Assembly: GCA_038131935.1 (NCBI GenBank)
Contig: JAYPQH010000022.1
Location: forward strand, 1-64,000
Direction: 5' to 3'
DNA: 64,000 bases
DNA from: Alphaproteobacteria bacterium
GTDB lineage: Bacteria > Pseudomonadota > Alphaproteobacteria > UBA8317
Made by a program: the position numbers and the translations under genes. The notes under the pieces are model-generated. The model ran no database searches, had not been told where the DNA came from, and was given only the letters and a program-made list of their open reading frames with translations. Below, piece after piece: positions 41,872-52,137 of the stretch; positions within the stretch are counted from its first letter, which is position 1; each line of letters begins with the position of its first letter.

Positions 41872-42624
41872 ATGTCTAACCTACCCTTAGATCAGGATGA
41901 CCTGACGTCATTCGGGTTCACGGAAATCCCACGTCATCAGAAAGCAAAAAAGGTTCAGGCCTTATTTGATCGCGTGGCAGATGATTATGACCTCATGAAT
42001 GATCTAATGTCCTTGGGCATCCACAGGGCATGGAAAGACCAATTCACTGGCTGGGTCAGACCATTTCGAGGCATGGATATTCTGGACTTGGCAGGTGGAA
42101 CGGGTGACATCATAAAGCGTTTGGCACCTTTCGTACAGGATCAAGGTCGCCTAGTTGTTTGTGATCTCTCAGAAGGGATGGTTCGCGCAGGTAAGAAACG
42201 TCTTGGAAATGACTACCAATGGGTTGTGGGAAATGGGCTCCATCTTCCTTTTCCCGAGCGAAGCTTTGATACTGTTACGATGGCATTTGGATTACGAAAT
42301 GTTTCCGATATTTCATCATGCTTACAAGATATTCACCGCGTACTGCGACCAGGTGGTCGGTTTTGTTGCCTAGAATTTTCAGCAGTTCAATGGCCTGTCT
42401 TTGATAAAATTTATGATGGATACTCATTTCGCTTAATCCCATGGATTGGAGAAAAGGTGGCGAAAGACCGCGATGCTTATCAATATCTGGTTGAATCTAT
42501 TAGGCGGTTTCCTCAACAAGAGCATTTGTGTGAACTCATGAGAGAGGCAGGTTTTGGCCAAGTCGACTTTCGGAATCTTTCTGGAGGTATCGCTGCCATG
42601 CATCGTGGCTTTAGGATTACGTGA
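41872..42624 (+). CDS. ubiE: Ubiquinone/menaquinone C-methyltransferase
   Basis: YDLMND.MS.G.HR.WK, DLAGGTGD, FGLRNV, Y.YLVESI. Confidence 0.95.
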   Translation: MSNLPLDQDDLTSFGFTEIPRHQKAKKVQALFDRVADDYDLMNDLMSLGIHRAWKDQFTGWVRPFRGMDILDLAGGTGDIIKRLAPFVQDQGRLVVCDLSEGMVRAGKKRLGNDYQWVVGNGLHLPFPERSFDTVTMAFGLRNVSDISSCLQDIHRVLRPGGRFCCLEFSAVQWPVFDKIYDGYSFRLIPWIGEKVAKDRDAYQYLVESIRRFPQQEHLCELMREAGFGQVDFRNLSGGIAAMHRGFRIT

Positions 42625-44117
42625 GGATGTGGACCAGTTTAAAAATATTACTATTGGTCACCCGCTTGAGTCGCTTGGGTGTTATAGACCTCATGGCGAG
42701 TCGTATAAAAATTCCCACCCTTCTGAAACCCTTTCTGATTATTTTACGCATATGCACCAGGGGACGATGGACAGCCAAGCCGTTAGCCATTGTTGATCTG
42801 CCGATCGTCATTGAAAATTTAGGTCCAGCTTTTGTAAAATTTGGACAATTCTTAGCTACCCGCGGTGATTTGGTTGGCCAGGACATTCAAACGGCTTTAG
42901 GACGTCTTCAGGATAGAATGGCTGCAACCCCAGAGCATGAAGTGCGAACGCGCATCGAAACTATATTGTCCCGCCCTATAGATGATATCTTTTTGGAATT
43001 TGGACCATCAGTTGCTGCAGCTTCATTGGCGCAAGTTCACTTTGCTATTCTACCTTCTGGTCAACAAGTTGCTGTAAAAATCTTACGCAAGGATATCCAG
43101 AAGCGATTTGAAAAAGACCTGCGCCTACTCAAAACCATCGCAACAATTGCTGAACTCATTATCCCCACCTGTCGAAGGCTTCGTCCTAGACAAGTGGTTG
43201 AAGTTTTACGATCTTGGGTTTTGGAAGAAACGGACTTACGCATGGAAGCCGCTGCAATGTCACATTATGCTGATGCACTGGCGGATATACCTGGATTTGT
43301 TGTTCCAGAACCTTTGTGGGATTATTGTGACCGAGAATTGTTGGTGACCACACGCATGGTTGGTGTTCCACTGACGCGCTGGGACGACATTGAAAAGATG
43401 GATGTCGACCATACCAAAATTGCGAATTCACTTATTGAATTGTTTCTTACAACTGCCACACGTGGTGGTATTTTTCATGGAGATATGCATCCGGGAAATA
43501 TATTTATCCGCGAAGATGGAATGATTGAACTACTTGATTTTGGTTTGATGGGCCGTATTGATGAGGCAACAAGTCGTTATCTTGCCGAGATCCTTCATGG
43601 TTTTCTTGAGCGCGATTATGATCGTGTGGCACAACTACATTTCGAAGCCGGATATGTTCCTGCTCACCAGTCACAGGCTGCTTTTGCGCAATCCCTGCGT
43701 TCAGTAGGAGAACCTATTTTTGGACGAAGTTCTAGCGAAATTTCCATGGGAAGAGTACTTCAGCAGCTTTTTTCCATTACCGAGCAGTACGGTATGGAAA
43801 CGCAACCACAACTTATTTTGTTACAGAAAACCATGATGACCATTGAAGGCGTTGCACGTAGTTTATCACCTAACACCAACATATGGGAAGCAGCACGCCC
43901 CGCTATTGAAGATTGGATGCGAAGGTCGCTTGGCCCAGTTGGCCGCGTTCGGCAACTTATAACGCTTACTGAGAAGGCGGGAACCTGGCTGGACAAAGAA
44001 CTATCACGGCAAAATACATATCAGAAAAAACACATACCAGAGTCCTTTTATGTTGGTCTTTTATGTGGCTTGTCTCTCGGATTATTGATAACCATCATTT
44101 TCCTATACCTTGACTAA
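42621..44117 (+). CDS. ubiB: UbiB/ABC1 atypical kinase
   Basis: LGPAFVKFGQ, AASLAQVH, VAVK, FHGDMHPGN, DFG. Confidence 0.95.
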   Translation: MRMWTSLKILLLVTRLSRLGVIDLMASRIKIPTLLKPFLIILRICTRGRWTAKPLAIVDLPIVIENLGPAFVKFGQFLATRGDLVGQDIQTALGRLQDRMAATPEHEVRTRIETILSRPIDDIFLEFGPSVAAASLAQVHFAILPSGQQVAVKILRKDIQKRFEKDLRLLKTIATIAELIIPTCRRLRPRQVVEVLRSWVLEETDLRMEAAAMSHYADALADIPGFVVPEPLWDYCDRELLVTTRMVGVPLTRWDDIEKMDVDHTKIANSLIELFLTTATRGGIFHGDMHPGNIFIREDGMIELLDFGLMGRIDEATSRYLAEILHGFLERDYDRVAQLHFEAGYVPAHQSQAAFAQSLRSVGEPIFGRSSSEISMGRVLQQLFSITEQYGMETQPQLILLQKTMMTIEGVARSLSPNTNIWEAARPAIEDWMRRSLGPVGRVRQLITLTEKAGTWLDKELSRQNTYQKKHIPESFYVGLLCGLSLGLLITIIFLYLD

Positions 44118-44190
44118 TTTACACAAATACCTTGTATTAAATGTAGAATTTTTTGAGCAATGTTGGCACAGGCTGTAGGAAAGGCAAATC

Positions 44191-45390
44191 ATGCGCGTTC
44201 TTCTGATCATTACGGGAGGGATTGCTGCCTACAAAAGTTTAGATGTTATACGTCAACTTAGGCAAAAAGGTCATGACATTCATGTCATATTGACCGAGGC
44301 TGCTCAGTCTTTTGTAACCCCTCTTAGTTGTGGTGCATTGAGTGAAAATCCAGTCCATCACGCCCTATTTGATATCAATGAAGAAGCAAAGATCGGTCAT
44401 ATTGCTCTTGCTCGCCTGCCTGATCTTGTGTTGGTTTGCCCAGCTACCGCACATTTTATACAAAAAATGGCTCATGGTGTGGCTGATGACCTTGCGACCA
44501 CTGTGCTTCTGGCGACTGATGCCCCCATTCTTGTCGCCCCAGCAATGAATCCAAATATGTTCCACCACAAAGCGACACAAAGAAATTTACGCCAACTATG
44601 TGAAGATGGTTGTCATATATTAACCCCAGACGAGGGGTTGATGGCTTGTGGGGAAACAGGACGTGGTAAATTGCCTTTGGTTCAAGATATTGTGTCCTTT
44701 GTTGAAGAGTTTTCAGCCGAAAAACCCCTTCAAGGACTTACCGCTATTGTCACTGCTGGACCGACCCATGAACCCCTTGACCCTGTAAGATACATAACGA
44801 ACCGCTCAAGTGGAAAACAAGGTTTTGCCATTGCGGCATCTTTAGGGCGTTTGGGTGCTGATGTGACCTTAATCACAGGTCCTGTACAGTTACCAACACC
44901 TGGGCAGGTGCAGCGCGTGGATGTTCTAACTGCAGCAGATATGTATGAAGCTGTCACCCAGAGAATTCCCTGCGATATAGCTATTTTTTGCGCTGCTGTT
45001 GCAGATTGGCGACCCGTTTCCTTTTCAGCGAACAAAATAAAAAAGACATCTCCGAACATATCGACTTCTATCTGTTTAACCGAGAATCCAGATATTTTGG
45101 CCACAGTTTCTCATCTGCCAGAAACAACGCGACCAAGATTGGTTATTGGATTTGCTGCTGAAACAGAAGATATAGAGCAGCATGCATTTGATAAATGGAA
45201 ACGAAAGGGATGCGATTGGTTGGTTGCCAATGATGTTTCTGGACAGGATATGGATGTATTCGGTCAGGATCATAATAAAGTGACCCTTTATCGCCATCAT
45301 CATGCTCAAGAACAGACAGATTGGTTAAACAAGAATGATATAGCATCTTGGCTATCAGATCATATTTTGGAATGGCATAGAAATGATTAA
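44191..45390 (+). CDS. coaBC: Phosphopantothenoylcysteine decarboxylase/ligase
   Basis: GGIAAYK, PAMN, ACGE.G.G, DPVRYITNRSSGKQG, GFAAET. Confidence 0.97.
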   Translation: MRVLLIITGGIAAYKSLDVIRQLRQKGHDIHVILTEAAQSFVTPLSCGALSENPVHHALFDINEEAKIGHIALARLPDLVLVCPATAHFIQKMAHGVADDLATTVLLATDAPILVAPAMNPNMFHHKATQRNLRQLCEDGCHILTPDEGLMACGETGRGKLPLVQDIVSFVEEFSAEKPLQGLTAIVTAGPTHEPLDPVRYITNRSSGKQGFAIAASLGRLGADVTLITGPVQLPTPGQVQRVDVLTAADMYEAVTQRIPCDIAIFCAAVADWRPVSFSANKIKKTSPNISTSICLTENPDILATVSHLPETTRPRLVIGFAAETEDIEQHAFDKWKRKGCDWLVANDVSGQDMDVFGQDHNKVTLYRHHHAQEQTDWLNKNDIASWLSDHILEWHRND

Positions 45391-45838
45391 CATTCCCATA
45401 CAACGCATTTCACAGAACCCCTCTCTACCTCTTCCAACTTACGCGACCCTTGGGTCTGCGGGGTGTGATCTATGTGCGGATATTGAGGAAACAATTTTCT
45501 TAAAACCTGGCATGCGGACCCTCGTTCCCACAGGATATGCCATAGCATTACCTGACGGATATGAGGCCCAAATTCGACCACGATCTGGGCTCGCCCTTCA
45601 TCATGGCATTACAGTATTAAATTCCCCTGGCACCATTGATGCTGATTATCGTGGTCTTATTTCTGTAATCTTGATCAACCATGGGGCCGATATTTTTGAA
45701 ATCACCTCTTGTATGCGTATAGCGCAGATGGTCATTGCTCCGATCATTCAAGTTACCTTTAACTCTGTTCAGACGTTGCCCAAAACAACAAGAGCAACTT
45801 CAGGATTTGGCTCGACAGGCACAGGAATCCTACCATGA
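45383..45838 (+). CDS. dut: dUTPase
   Basis: AGCDL, RPRSGLA, GTIDADYRG, RIAQMV, GFGSTG. Confidence 0.97.
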   Translation: MINIPIQRISQNPSLPLPTYATLGSAGCDLCADIEETIFLKPGMRTLVPTGYAIALPDGYEAQIRPRSGLALHHGITVLNSPGTIDADYRGLISVILINHGADIFEITSCMRIAQMVIAPIIQVTFNSVQTLPKTTRATSGFGSTGTGILP

Positions 45839-46293
45839 ATTTTCGCCTTACAAAAAGAACCATGCTTGCGATTGAAGCCGTACTTGATGTTGCCTACTAT
45901 GCGGAATCTCAGCCTGTCCAAGCAAAAGAAATCACGCAACGTCAAAAAATACCAATGAGGTATTTGGAACATGTCATGCAAATTTTGGTGCATAAGAATA
46001 TTTTACGAGGTGTTCGAGGGCCAAAAGGAGGATATGTTTTAGCCAAAGAGCGCCGTAAGATCAGTCTTGCCGATATTATCATCATTTTGGAACAATCTAT
46101 GCCCTCCGACGATGAAGATGATGGTACTGTTCACTCCGAACTTGGACAAATGGTTATCAGCCCTGTTTGGAATGATTTGTCATCAAAAATTGTAGATATG
46201 CTGTCAGAGATAACCCTGGAAGATCTTTGCAGACGTGGAGAGCATTTGGGTGTGGGCGGCCAAAACATTGAAACATCGGACTATATTATTTGA
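45835..46293 (+). CDS. Rrf2-family transcriptional regulator (no Cys triad)
   Basis: RYLE, GVRGPKGGY.LA. Confidence 0.9.
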   Translation: MNFRLTKRTMLAIEAVLDVAYYAESQPVQAKEITQRQKIPMRYLEHVMQILVHKNILRGVRGPKGGYVLAKERRKISLADIIIILEQSMPSDDEDDGTVHSELGQMVISPVWNDLSSKIVDMLSEITLEDLCRRGEHLGVGGQNIETSDYII

Positions 46294-46304
46294 GGGCAGA
46301 GCTT

Positions 46305-47264
46305 ATGGGAAACTTCACAAAACCACGTGGCAAAGTTTATCAATCCATTGTTGATACAATTGGTGGAACGCCACTTGTGCGCTGCCATCGCCTAGAAAAA
46401 CAATTGGGATTACACGCGCAACTTTTTGCCAAATTGGAATATTTTAATCCTATGGCCAGCGTGAAAGATCGCATCGGTGTTGCCATGATCCAGCAGTTAG
46501 AAGATCAAAATCTTATTGGCCCTGACACTCATATTGTAGAACCAACATCTGGCAATACAGGTATTGGGCTTGCCCTTGCTTGTACGTCTACAGGAAGACC
46601 CATTACATTGGTGATGCCAGAACATATGTCTGTGGAACGACGAAATATGATGAAGCTGTTGGGTGCAAACCTTCAGCTCACACCCGCCCATTTGGGTATG
46701 AAGGGCGCTATCGAAGAAGCAGAATCATTGGTGAAAATGATTGGCGATGCTTATATGCCGCAACAGTTCAAAAATATGGCGAATCCAGCCATCCACGAAG
46801 CCACAACTGGACCTGAAATTTGGACTGATACGGAAGGAAGCGTGGATTGTTTTGTTGCGGGTGTTGGGACAGGTGGAAGTATAAATGGTGTAGGTCGGTA
46901 CCTCAAATCCCAAAAAGAAGATGTGCTCTGTATTGCAGTTGAACCCGAAAATTCACCGGTTTTATCTGGTGGAAAGCCTGGCCCTCATAAAATTGAAGGT
47001 ATTGGAGCAGGCTTCATACCTGATACATATGACGCAAGCATTGTAGACGAAGTTATCACTGTTTCCCATGTAACTGCCGTTGATCATAGCCGATTGTTGG
47101 CGCGTACTGATGGTATCACAGGTGGTCTTTCTACAGGGGCCAACCTATGCGCAGCTGTGGAAATCGCCATGCGGGCTTCCATGGCGCAAAAAAATATTGT
47201 CTTCATGGTTCCTTCTTTTGCGGAACGCTACATGTCTACTTCATTATTTGAGTTTGATGCATGA
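46305..47264 (+). CDS. cysK: Cysteine synthase A
   Basis: SVKDR, EPTSGNTG, GVGTGG, HKIEGIGAG, ERY.ST.LF. Confidence 0.95.
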   Translation: MGNFTKPRGKVYQSIVDTIGGTPLVRCHRLEKQLGLHAQLFAKLEYFNPMASVKDRIGVAMIQQLEDQNLIGPDTHIVEPTSGNTGIGLALACTSTGRPITLVMPEHMSVERRNMMKLLGANLQLTPAHLGMKGAIEEAESLVKMIGDAYMPQQFKNMANPAIHEATTGPEIWTDTEGSVDCFVAGVGTGGSINGVGRYLKSQKEDVLCIAVEPENSPVLSGGKPGPHKIEGIGAGFIPDTYDASIVDEVITVSHVTAVDHSRLLARTDGITGGLSTGANLCAAVEIAMRASMAQKNIVFMVPSFAERYMSTSLFEFDA

Positions 47265-47989
47265 CGGATGAAGAGCTTCAACGGTATGCGAGGCAAATCG
47301 TGCTTCCATCTATTGGCTCAGGTGGACAGAAATTGCTTGGTCAGGCACATGTCACCATCATTGGTTGTGGCGGCTTAGGCACCATTGCAGCGGCTTATCT
47401 TGCAGCTGCTGGAATAGGTAGATTGCGCGTGATTGATCCTGGGCAAGTTGAACTGTCAAATCTTCATCGCCAATGGATTTATGCAGGCGCGCCTGAAGGT
47501 AGTGATAAAGTAAAAGTTTTTCAGTCACATGTCCGAGATAGCAATCCCCATGTTGACGTTGAAGCCATCTGTGCAAGCTATGATCAAAATCATCTCGCAA
47601 ACACCCAACTCGTTCTTGACTGTACGGACAATGGGAGGGTGCGTGCTCAGATAGCAAGAGATTGTTGGACAAAAAACCTCACCCTCATCTCAGGTTCGGT
47701 TTTGGGACTTAGTGGACAAGTTACCACCTTTAAAAACGGACCAACAAACCCTTGTAGAGAATGTCTCTTTCCAGACCAAGACGATCCAACCGACCAATGC
47801 GCGGCGTTGGGTGTATTAGGACCTGTTGTCGGTGTTATCGGTGCGTTACAAGCCACAGAAGCTATTCGAAACATCACAACATTTGGAACAAGTTTGGTTG
47901 GGAAACTTCTCCTCATTGATGCCTATGATTTTGAAATACGCAAAATTTCCGTAAAAAAGCGTTCTCATTGTCATTTTTGTCAAATTTAG
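47261..47989 (+). CDS. moeB: MoeB/ThiF adenylyltransferase
   Basis: RYARQI, GCGGLG, SNLHRQ, DCTDN, CREC...CHFC. Confidence 0.88.
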   Translation: MTDEELQRYARQIVLPSIGSGGQKLLGQAHVTIIGCGGLGTIAAAYLAAAGIGRLRVIDPGQVELSNLHRQWIYAGAPEGSDKVKVFQSHVRDSNPHVDVEAICASYDQNHLANTQLVLDCTDNGRVRAQIARDCWTKNLTLISGSVLGLSGQVTTFKNGPTNPCRECLFPDQDDPTDQCAALGVLGPVVGVIGALQATEAIRNITTFGTSLVGKLLLIDAYDFEIRKISVKKRSHCHFCQI

Positions 47990-48972
47990 AGCAGAGACGC
48001 AAAAACCCTGTCAGGTGGCGTGTGACCATCACAAAATGTCTTGATGTTGATGATCACTTTTTCACCCATATCAACACGTCCTTCCTGCGTTGCTGAAGCC
48101 ATATGGGGCAGCAAGGTTACTTTGTTATTATGTCTTAATTTTGGATTCACAGCAGGTTCATGCTCATACACATCAAGACCAGCTCCTCCTAGTTTGTCAT
48201 CCTCCAACAAACGAGCAAGCGCATTCTCATCAATCACTTCACCACGGGATGTATTTATAATGATAGCATCTGATGATAACATTTTTAGCCTTGGAGCAGA
48301 CAAAAGATGAAATGTAGCAGGCGTATGTGGACAATTCACTGAAATAATATCCATATGCGCGAGCATCTGGTTCAAACTATCCCAGTAGGTTGCGCCTAAT
48401 TCCTCGGATAAAGCCTTCGCAACGGGTTTTCTGTTGTGGTAGTTGATCTCTAAGCCAAAAGCCTTTGCCCGTCTGGCTACTGCCGAACCAACCCGCCCCA
48501 TGCCAATAATACCCAATCGTCTACCTTGCAGCCGTCTTCCTAGCATATGTGTAGGTGACCATCCGACAAAACGGTCTTCCTGCATCATGGCGATCCCCTC
48601 TGCCAACCGTCTGTGTGTCGCGAGAATAAGTGCCATCGTCAAATCAGCTGTATCTTCAGTTAGAACACCAGGCGTATTGGTCACTGTGATGCCGTGGGAG
48701 CGTGCAGTCGCAATATCAATATGATCAACTCCCGCACCATAATTGGCAATCAATCGACATCTTGGCGCACACCGCGCAATCACACCTGCATCAATATTGT
48801 CTGTAAGTGTGGGAACAAGAATATCCGCCTCTGACACGGCATCAGCAATATCTTTAGAGCTCATGGGGTGGTCAGAATGGTTAAACTTTGTGTCAAAAAG
48901 TTCTGCCATTCTTTTCTCTACCACATCTGGTAGCTTTCTTGTCACAATCACAACAGGCTTGCTAATGCTCAT
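47986..48972 (-). CDS. D-glycerate/2-hydroxyacid dehydrogenase
   Basis: NTPGVLT, GIIGMGRVG, INTSRG, GLDVYEHEP, LPHMAS. Confidence 0.92.
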   Translation of the reverse strand: MSISKPVVIVTRKLPDVVEKRMAELFDTKFNHSDHPMSSKDIADAVSEADILVPTLTDNIDAGVIARCAPRCRLIANYGAGVDHIDIATARSHGITVTNTPGVLTEDTADLTMALILATHRRLAEGIAMMQEDRFVGWSPTHMLGRRLQGRRLGIIGMGRVGSAVARRAKAFGLEINYHNRKPVAKALSEELGATYWDSLNQMLAHMDIISVNCPHTPATFHLLSAPRLKMLSSDAIIINTSRGEVIDENALARLLEDDKLGGAGLDVYEHEPAVNPKLRHNNKVTLLPHMASATQEGRVDMGEKVIINIKTFCDGHTPPDRVFASLL

Positions 48973-49009
48973 ACATACCTCTTCCACTCGTCAGCCAAGG
49001 CACAACCAC

Positions 49010-49549
49010 ATGAATTTCCATCCGGTAACAAAGCCCATCCTGGTCATTCTATTGGCCTCTTTACTATCGATTCATTTCTCTCACAAACCAGTTTTCGCTA
49101 CAAATGCTCAAAAAGTTGGCTCTGTAACGGGACTACCGATCCCTCGCTTTGTATCGCTAAGTGCTGATAAGGTAAATGTCCGCCATGGCCCAGGGCAGAG
49201 TTTTCCCATTGCATGGGTTTACCAGCGCAAGGGATATCCCGTTGAAATTATCGACGAGTGGGTAAATTGGCGAAAAATTCGAGACCCAGAATCTGAAGGA
49301 CTAGAAGGTTGGATCATCACAGGACTTTTGGTGGGAAAACGGACCGGTTTTGTGAAGAGAGACCTTGCGCCTATTCGTGATCAAGCCAGCCAACATGCCC
49401 GCACCATTGCTTTAGCCGGGCAGTCATTAATCGTACGCCTAGATTCCTGCGGCAGGGAGTTTTGTTATGTTCATGTTGATGACACAAAAGGGTGGGTTGC
49501 CAAGTCAGATTTGCTTGGAACCCACCCACAAGAAATTTTTGGTCGCTAA
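49010..49549 (+). CDS. SH3-domain exported protein
   Basis: Signal peptide, GLPIPRFVSL, N.R.GP, WRKIRD..GW; usual neighbour of the glycerate dehydrogenase in Alphaproteobacteria. Confidence 0.85.
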   Translation: MNFHPVTKPILVILLASLLSIHFSHKPVFATNAQKVGSVTGLPIPRFVSLSADKVNVRHGPGQSFPIAWVYQRKGYPVEIIDEWVNWRKIRDPESEGLEGWIITGLLVGKRTGFVKRDLAPIRDQASQHARTIALAGQSLIVRLDSCGREFCYVHVDDTKGWVAKSDLLGTHPQEIFGR

Positions 49550-49553
49550 ATCA

Positions 49554-50147
49554 TCAAAGATCTTTGACCAAAACGGAACGGCTTTCAGCTGGGATGATCG
49601 CCATATGCCCATAATTTGGGTGATCACATCCCAAGAAAACCTCAATTTGGTTATCTTTGAACTGTTCCGCCATATCTTCAGACATGACAAAGCGAATAAA
49701 ATGAACTGATGATGTTTTGCCATCAGCAGTTGTGCGTTCGATATCGTCTTCGTTGATTGTTGCATATAATTTTGTGCCACCAACAGAGAGGTAAAGGCGC
49801 TCATCTACCCCTCCTAACGTGCGCAAAATATCAACCCGACGTTCGACGTCTGTCACCTCGAACATCACCGTAGCAACCAATTCATTACCCTGCGGGATTA
49901 ATGGGTTGTAAGCTCGTAATTCGTCTTCAATTTGTTCTTCTCCACCACGTTCCACAAAAAGCATTTCGTGCACTTGGTGCCACATCGTATCGTAGCTTTC
50001 GAAGTAAAACGTACAGAATGGACCTACGGAGACTTGGCGAAGCTTCTTCTCTGGTCTTAATTCTGTTCTTTTTTGTGAGCGGATAGCGCCATAGGCTGTC
50101 ATATCCATAATATCATCATGCGCGATGATGCGTTGCTCTCGACTCAT
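49554..50147 (-). CDS. DUF3501 family protein
   Basis: FE..T...Q..EM..E, E..AYNPLIP, K.SSVHF..F, DHPNY. Confidence 0.85.
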   Translation of the reverse strand: MSREQRIIAHDDIMDMTAYGAIRSQKRTELRPEKKLRQVSVGPFCTFYFESYDTMWHQVHEMLFVERGGEEQIEDELRAYNPLIPQGNELVATVMFEVTDVERRVDILRTLGGVDERLYLSVGGTKLYATINEDDIERTTADGKTSSVHFIRFVMSEDMAEQFKDNQIEVFLGCDHPNYGHMAIIPAESRSVLVKDL

Positions 50148-50169
50148 TTTAATGCTCCAAAATTTATTG

Positions 50170-51513
50170 TTAGCTTGTAAGCCCGTAAGCACGGGCCAGA
50201 AGTTCAATAGGGTGAAACGCGCTTTGAGGTACTTGCTCTGCACCTTCAAGCTCCATCACTTGCAAAATATGTTTTGCTGCCAACGGACATTCAGACGCCA
50301 CATAACGGTTATCGGATCGCTTTGCTGCACGCGCTGCGTTTTTCCCCACCTTCACGGCTGCATCAAATGTGTCATGAAGGACCCCAAAAGTACCACCATG
50401 TCCAGAGCAACGCTCGATAACATCCACTTTGGTTTCCGGGACATATGAAAGCAATTCTGCACCTTTCTGACCCATATTTTGAGCACGCGCATGACATGCG
50501 AGATGGATCGTAACACCTCCTTCGAGAGGTTTCATGCCCTCGACCAAGCCCTCTTTTTTCGCAATATCAACCACATATTCATCAATATCAGCCACATGCT
50601 GGGCAAGCCGCGCAATATCCTTATCCTGGGGCAGCAAAAGAGGCCATTCAAACTTCATCATGAGAGAACATGAAGCCGTCAATGATATGATGTCGTACCC
50701 CTTATCGACCCACTCGAGAAGAATAGGCGCGACTTTCTTCGCTTGCTGGGCCACGTCCTCTATCGCACCTTGTTCCAATTTTGGCATACCACAGCAACCT
50801 GGATAAACCACCTCTGTATCAACGCCATTATGTGCAAGCACTTGGCGGGCCGCTGTCCCTGTCCGAGCCTGCTGATAATTTACGAAACAGGTTGCGTATA
50901 TGACAGCCTTGCGACCATAAGCTGGCGCTTGTTTGTTCACAACGGGAACTGATGTTTTCGCTTGTTTTGTAAATGGGCGTGATTCAAATTTTGGCAATTC
51001 GACCCGTTGATCAATACCTGCCACTTTCTCCATTAATGGGCGTGTCATCGAATTTTCGCGTTTTGAAGCCCAATTTGCCAATCCAGCTATTGGAGCAGCC
51101 AAAGCACCATTCCGGTCCGTAGCGGTAAGACGCTCTGCGGCTTTGTTGCGCACACCTTTTTGGCGCTCTGCAGCTCGATATCTGAGCATCAAATGCGGGA
51201 AATCCAAATCAAATTCATGAGGCGGCACATAGGGACATTTCGTCAAAAAACACATATCACAGAGTGTGCAGAGATCTACAACTGTCTTGTAATCTTTTTT
51301 CTTATCAAGACCATCGACTTCCCCTGTCTCTGACTCATCAATCATGTCGAACAAAGTCGGAAAACTATCGCAAAGATTAAAACAACGACGACATCCATGA
51401 CAAATGTCAAAGACACGCTCCATCTCTTCTTCGATTTTTTCAAGATCATAAAATTCAGGATTTTCCCAATCCACAGGGTGCCGCGTTGGCGCGTCTAAAC
51501 TTCCTTCGCGCAT
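50170..51513 (-). CDS. Fe-S oxidoreductase (GlpC-like, rubrerythrin-associated)
   Basis: CHGCRRCFNLC, CTLCDMC..KCPY, CCGMP, CSGHGG, SECP. Confidence 0.88.
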   Translation of the reverse strand: MREGSLDAPTRHPVDWENPEFYDLEKIEEEMERVFDICHGCRRCFNLCDSFPTLFDMIDESETGEVDGLDKKKDYKTVVDLCTLCDMCFLTKCPYVPPHEFDLDFPHLMLRYRAAERQKGVRNKAAERLTATDRNGALAAPIAGLANWASKRENSMTRPLMEKVAGIDQRVELPKFESRPFTKQAKTSVPVVNKQAPAYGRKAVIYATCFVNYQQARTGTAARQVLAHNGVDTEVVYPGCCGMPKLEQGAIEDVAQQAKKVAPILLEWVDKGYDIISLTASCSLMMKFEWPLLLPQDKDIARLAQHVADIDEYVVDIAKKEGLVEGMKPLEGGVTIHLACHARAQNMGQKGAELLSYVPETKVDVIERCSGHGGTFGVLHDTFDAAVKVGKNAARAAKRSDNRYVASECPLAAKHILQVMELEGAEQVPQSAFHPIELLARAYGLTS

Positions 51514-51575
51514 CGTCTCATGTCCTCAACAATATATGGTAAAAATGTCGGCTCACTGTGCCATCAGCCCAAGAA

Positions 51576-51605
51576 ATCCTACCCTCAAAGGTTTGAGAGT
51601 AGGAT
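51576..51605 (-). other. Stem-loop between rubrerythrin and Fe-S oxidoreductase genes
   Basis: ATCCTAC.CTCAAA-gg-TTTGAG.GTAGGAT inverted repeat. Confidence 0.55.
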
Positions 51606-51614
51606 CTTAGTTTT

Positions 51615-52034
51615 TTAGGCTTCGAGGTTATCGAGCGCCTTCTGGAAACGTCCTGCATGTGACTTTTCAGCTTTAGCAAGTGTCTCAAACCAATCAGCGA
51701 TCTCATCAAACCCTTCTTCACGTGCTTCACGTGCCATTGATGGATACATGTCGGTATACTCGTGGGTTTCACCGGCAATAGCAGAACGCAGGTTGTCGGC
51801 AGTTCCACCAATTTTTTCGCCAGTTGCTGGATCACCAACAGCTTCCATAAATTCCAAATGGCCGTGAGCGTGACCGGTCTCGCCTTCCGCTGTTGAACGG
51901 AAAACTGTTGCAACATCGTTGTAGCCTTCGATATCTGCCTTCTGTGCGAAGTAAAGATAACGACGGTTTGCTTGGCTCTCGCCAGCAAATGCAGCCTTCA
52001 AATTGTCAAAGGTCTTAGTGTTAGCAAGTGACAT
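51615..52034 (-). CDS. rbr: Rubrerythrin (short type, no rubredoxin domain)
   Basis: [20 protein letters not shown]...MYP, AEK.HA. Confidence 0.92.
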   Translation of the reverse strand: MSLANTKTFDNLKAAFAGESQANRRYLYFAQKADIEGYNDVATVFRSTAEGETGHAHGHLEFMEAVGDPATGEKIGGTADNLRSAIAGETHEYTDMYPSMAREAREEGFDEIADWFETLAKAEKSHAGRFQKALDNLEA

Positions 52035-52117
52035 GAAAATCCTCCAAATCTAAACGCTGGGCCCAACATTTTGAACCCACACCCGATATATAGGAGGCTT
52101 TCAACAGAGGTCAACAG

Positions 52118-52134
52118 TTTAGAATAATTCTAAA
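52118..52134. promoter_or_regulatory. Iron control element (ICE, Irr-binding site)
   Basis: TTTAGAA-TAA-TTCTAAA perfect match to the ICE consensus, ~85 bp upstream of rbr. Confidence 0.85.
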
Positions 52135-52137
52135 TAA

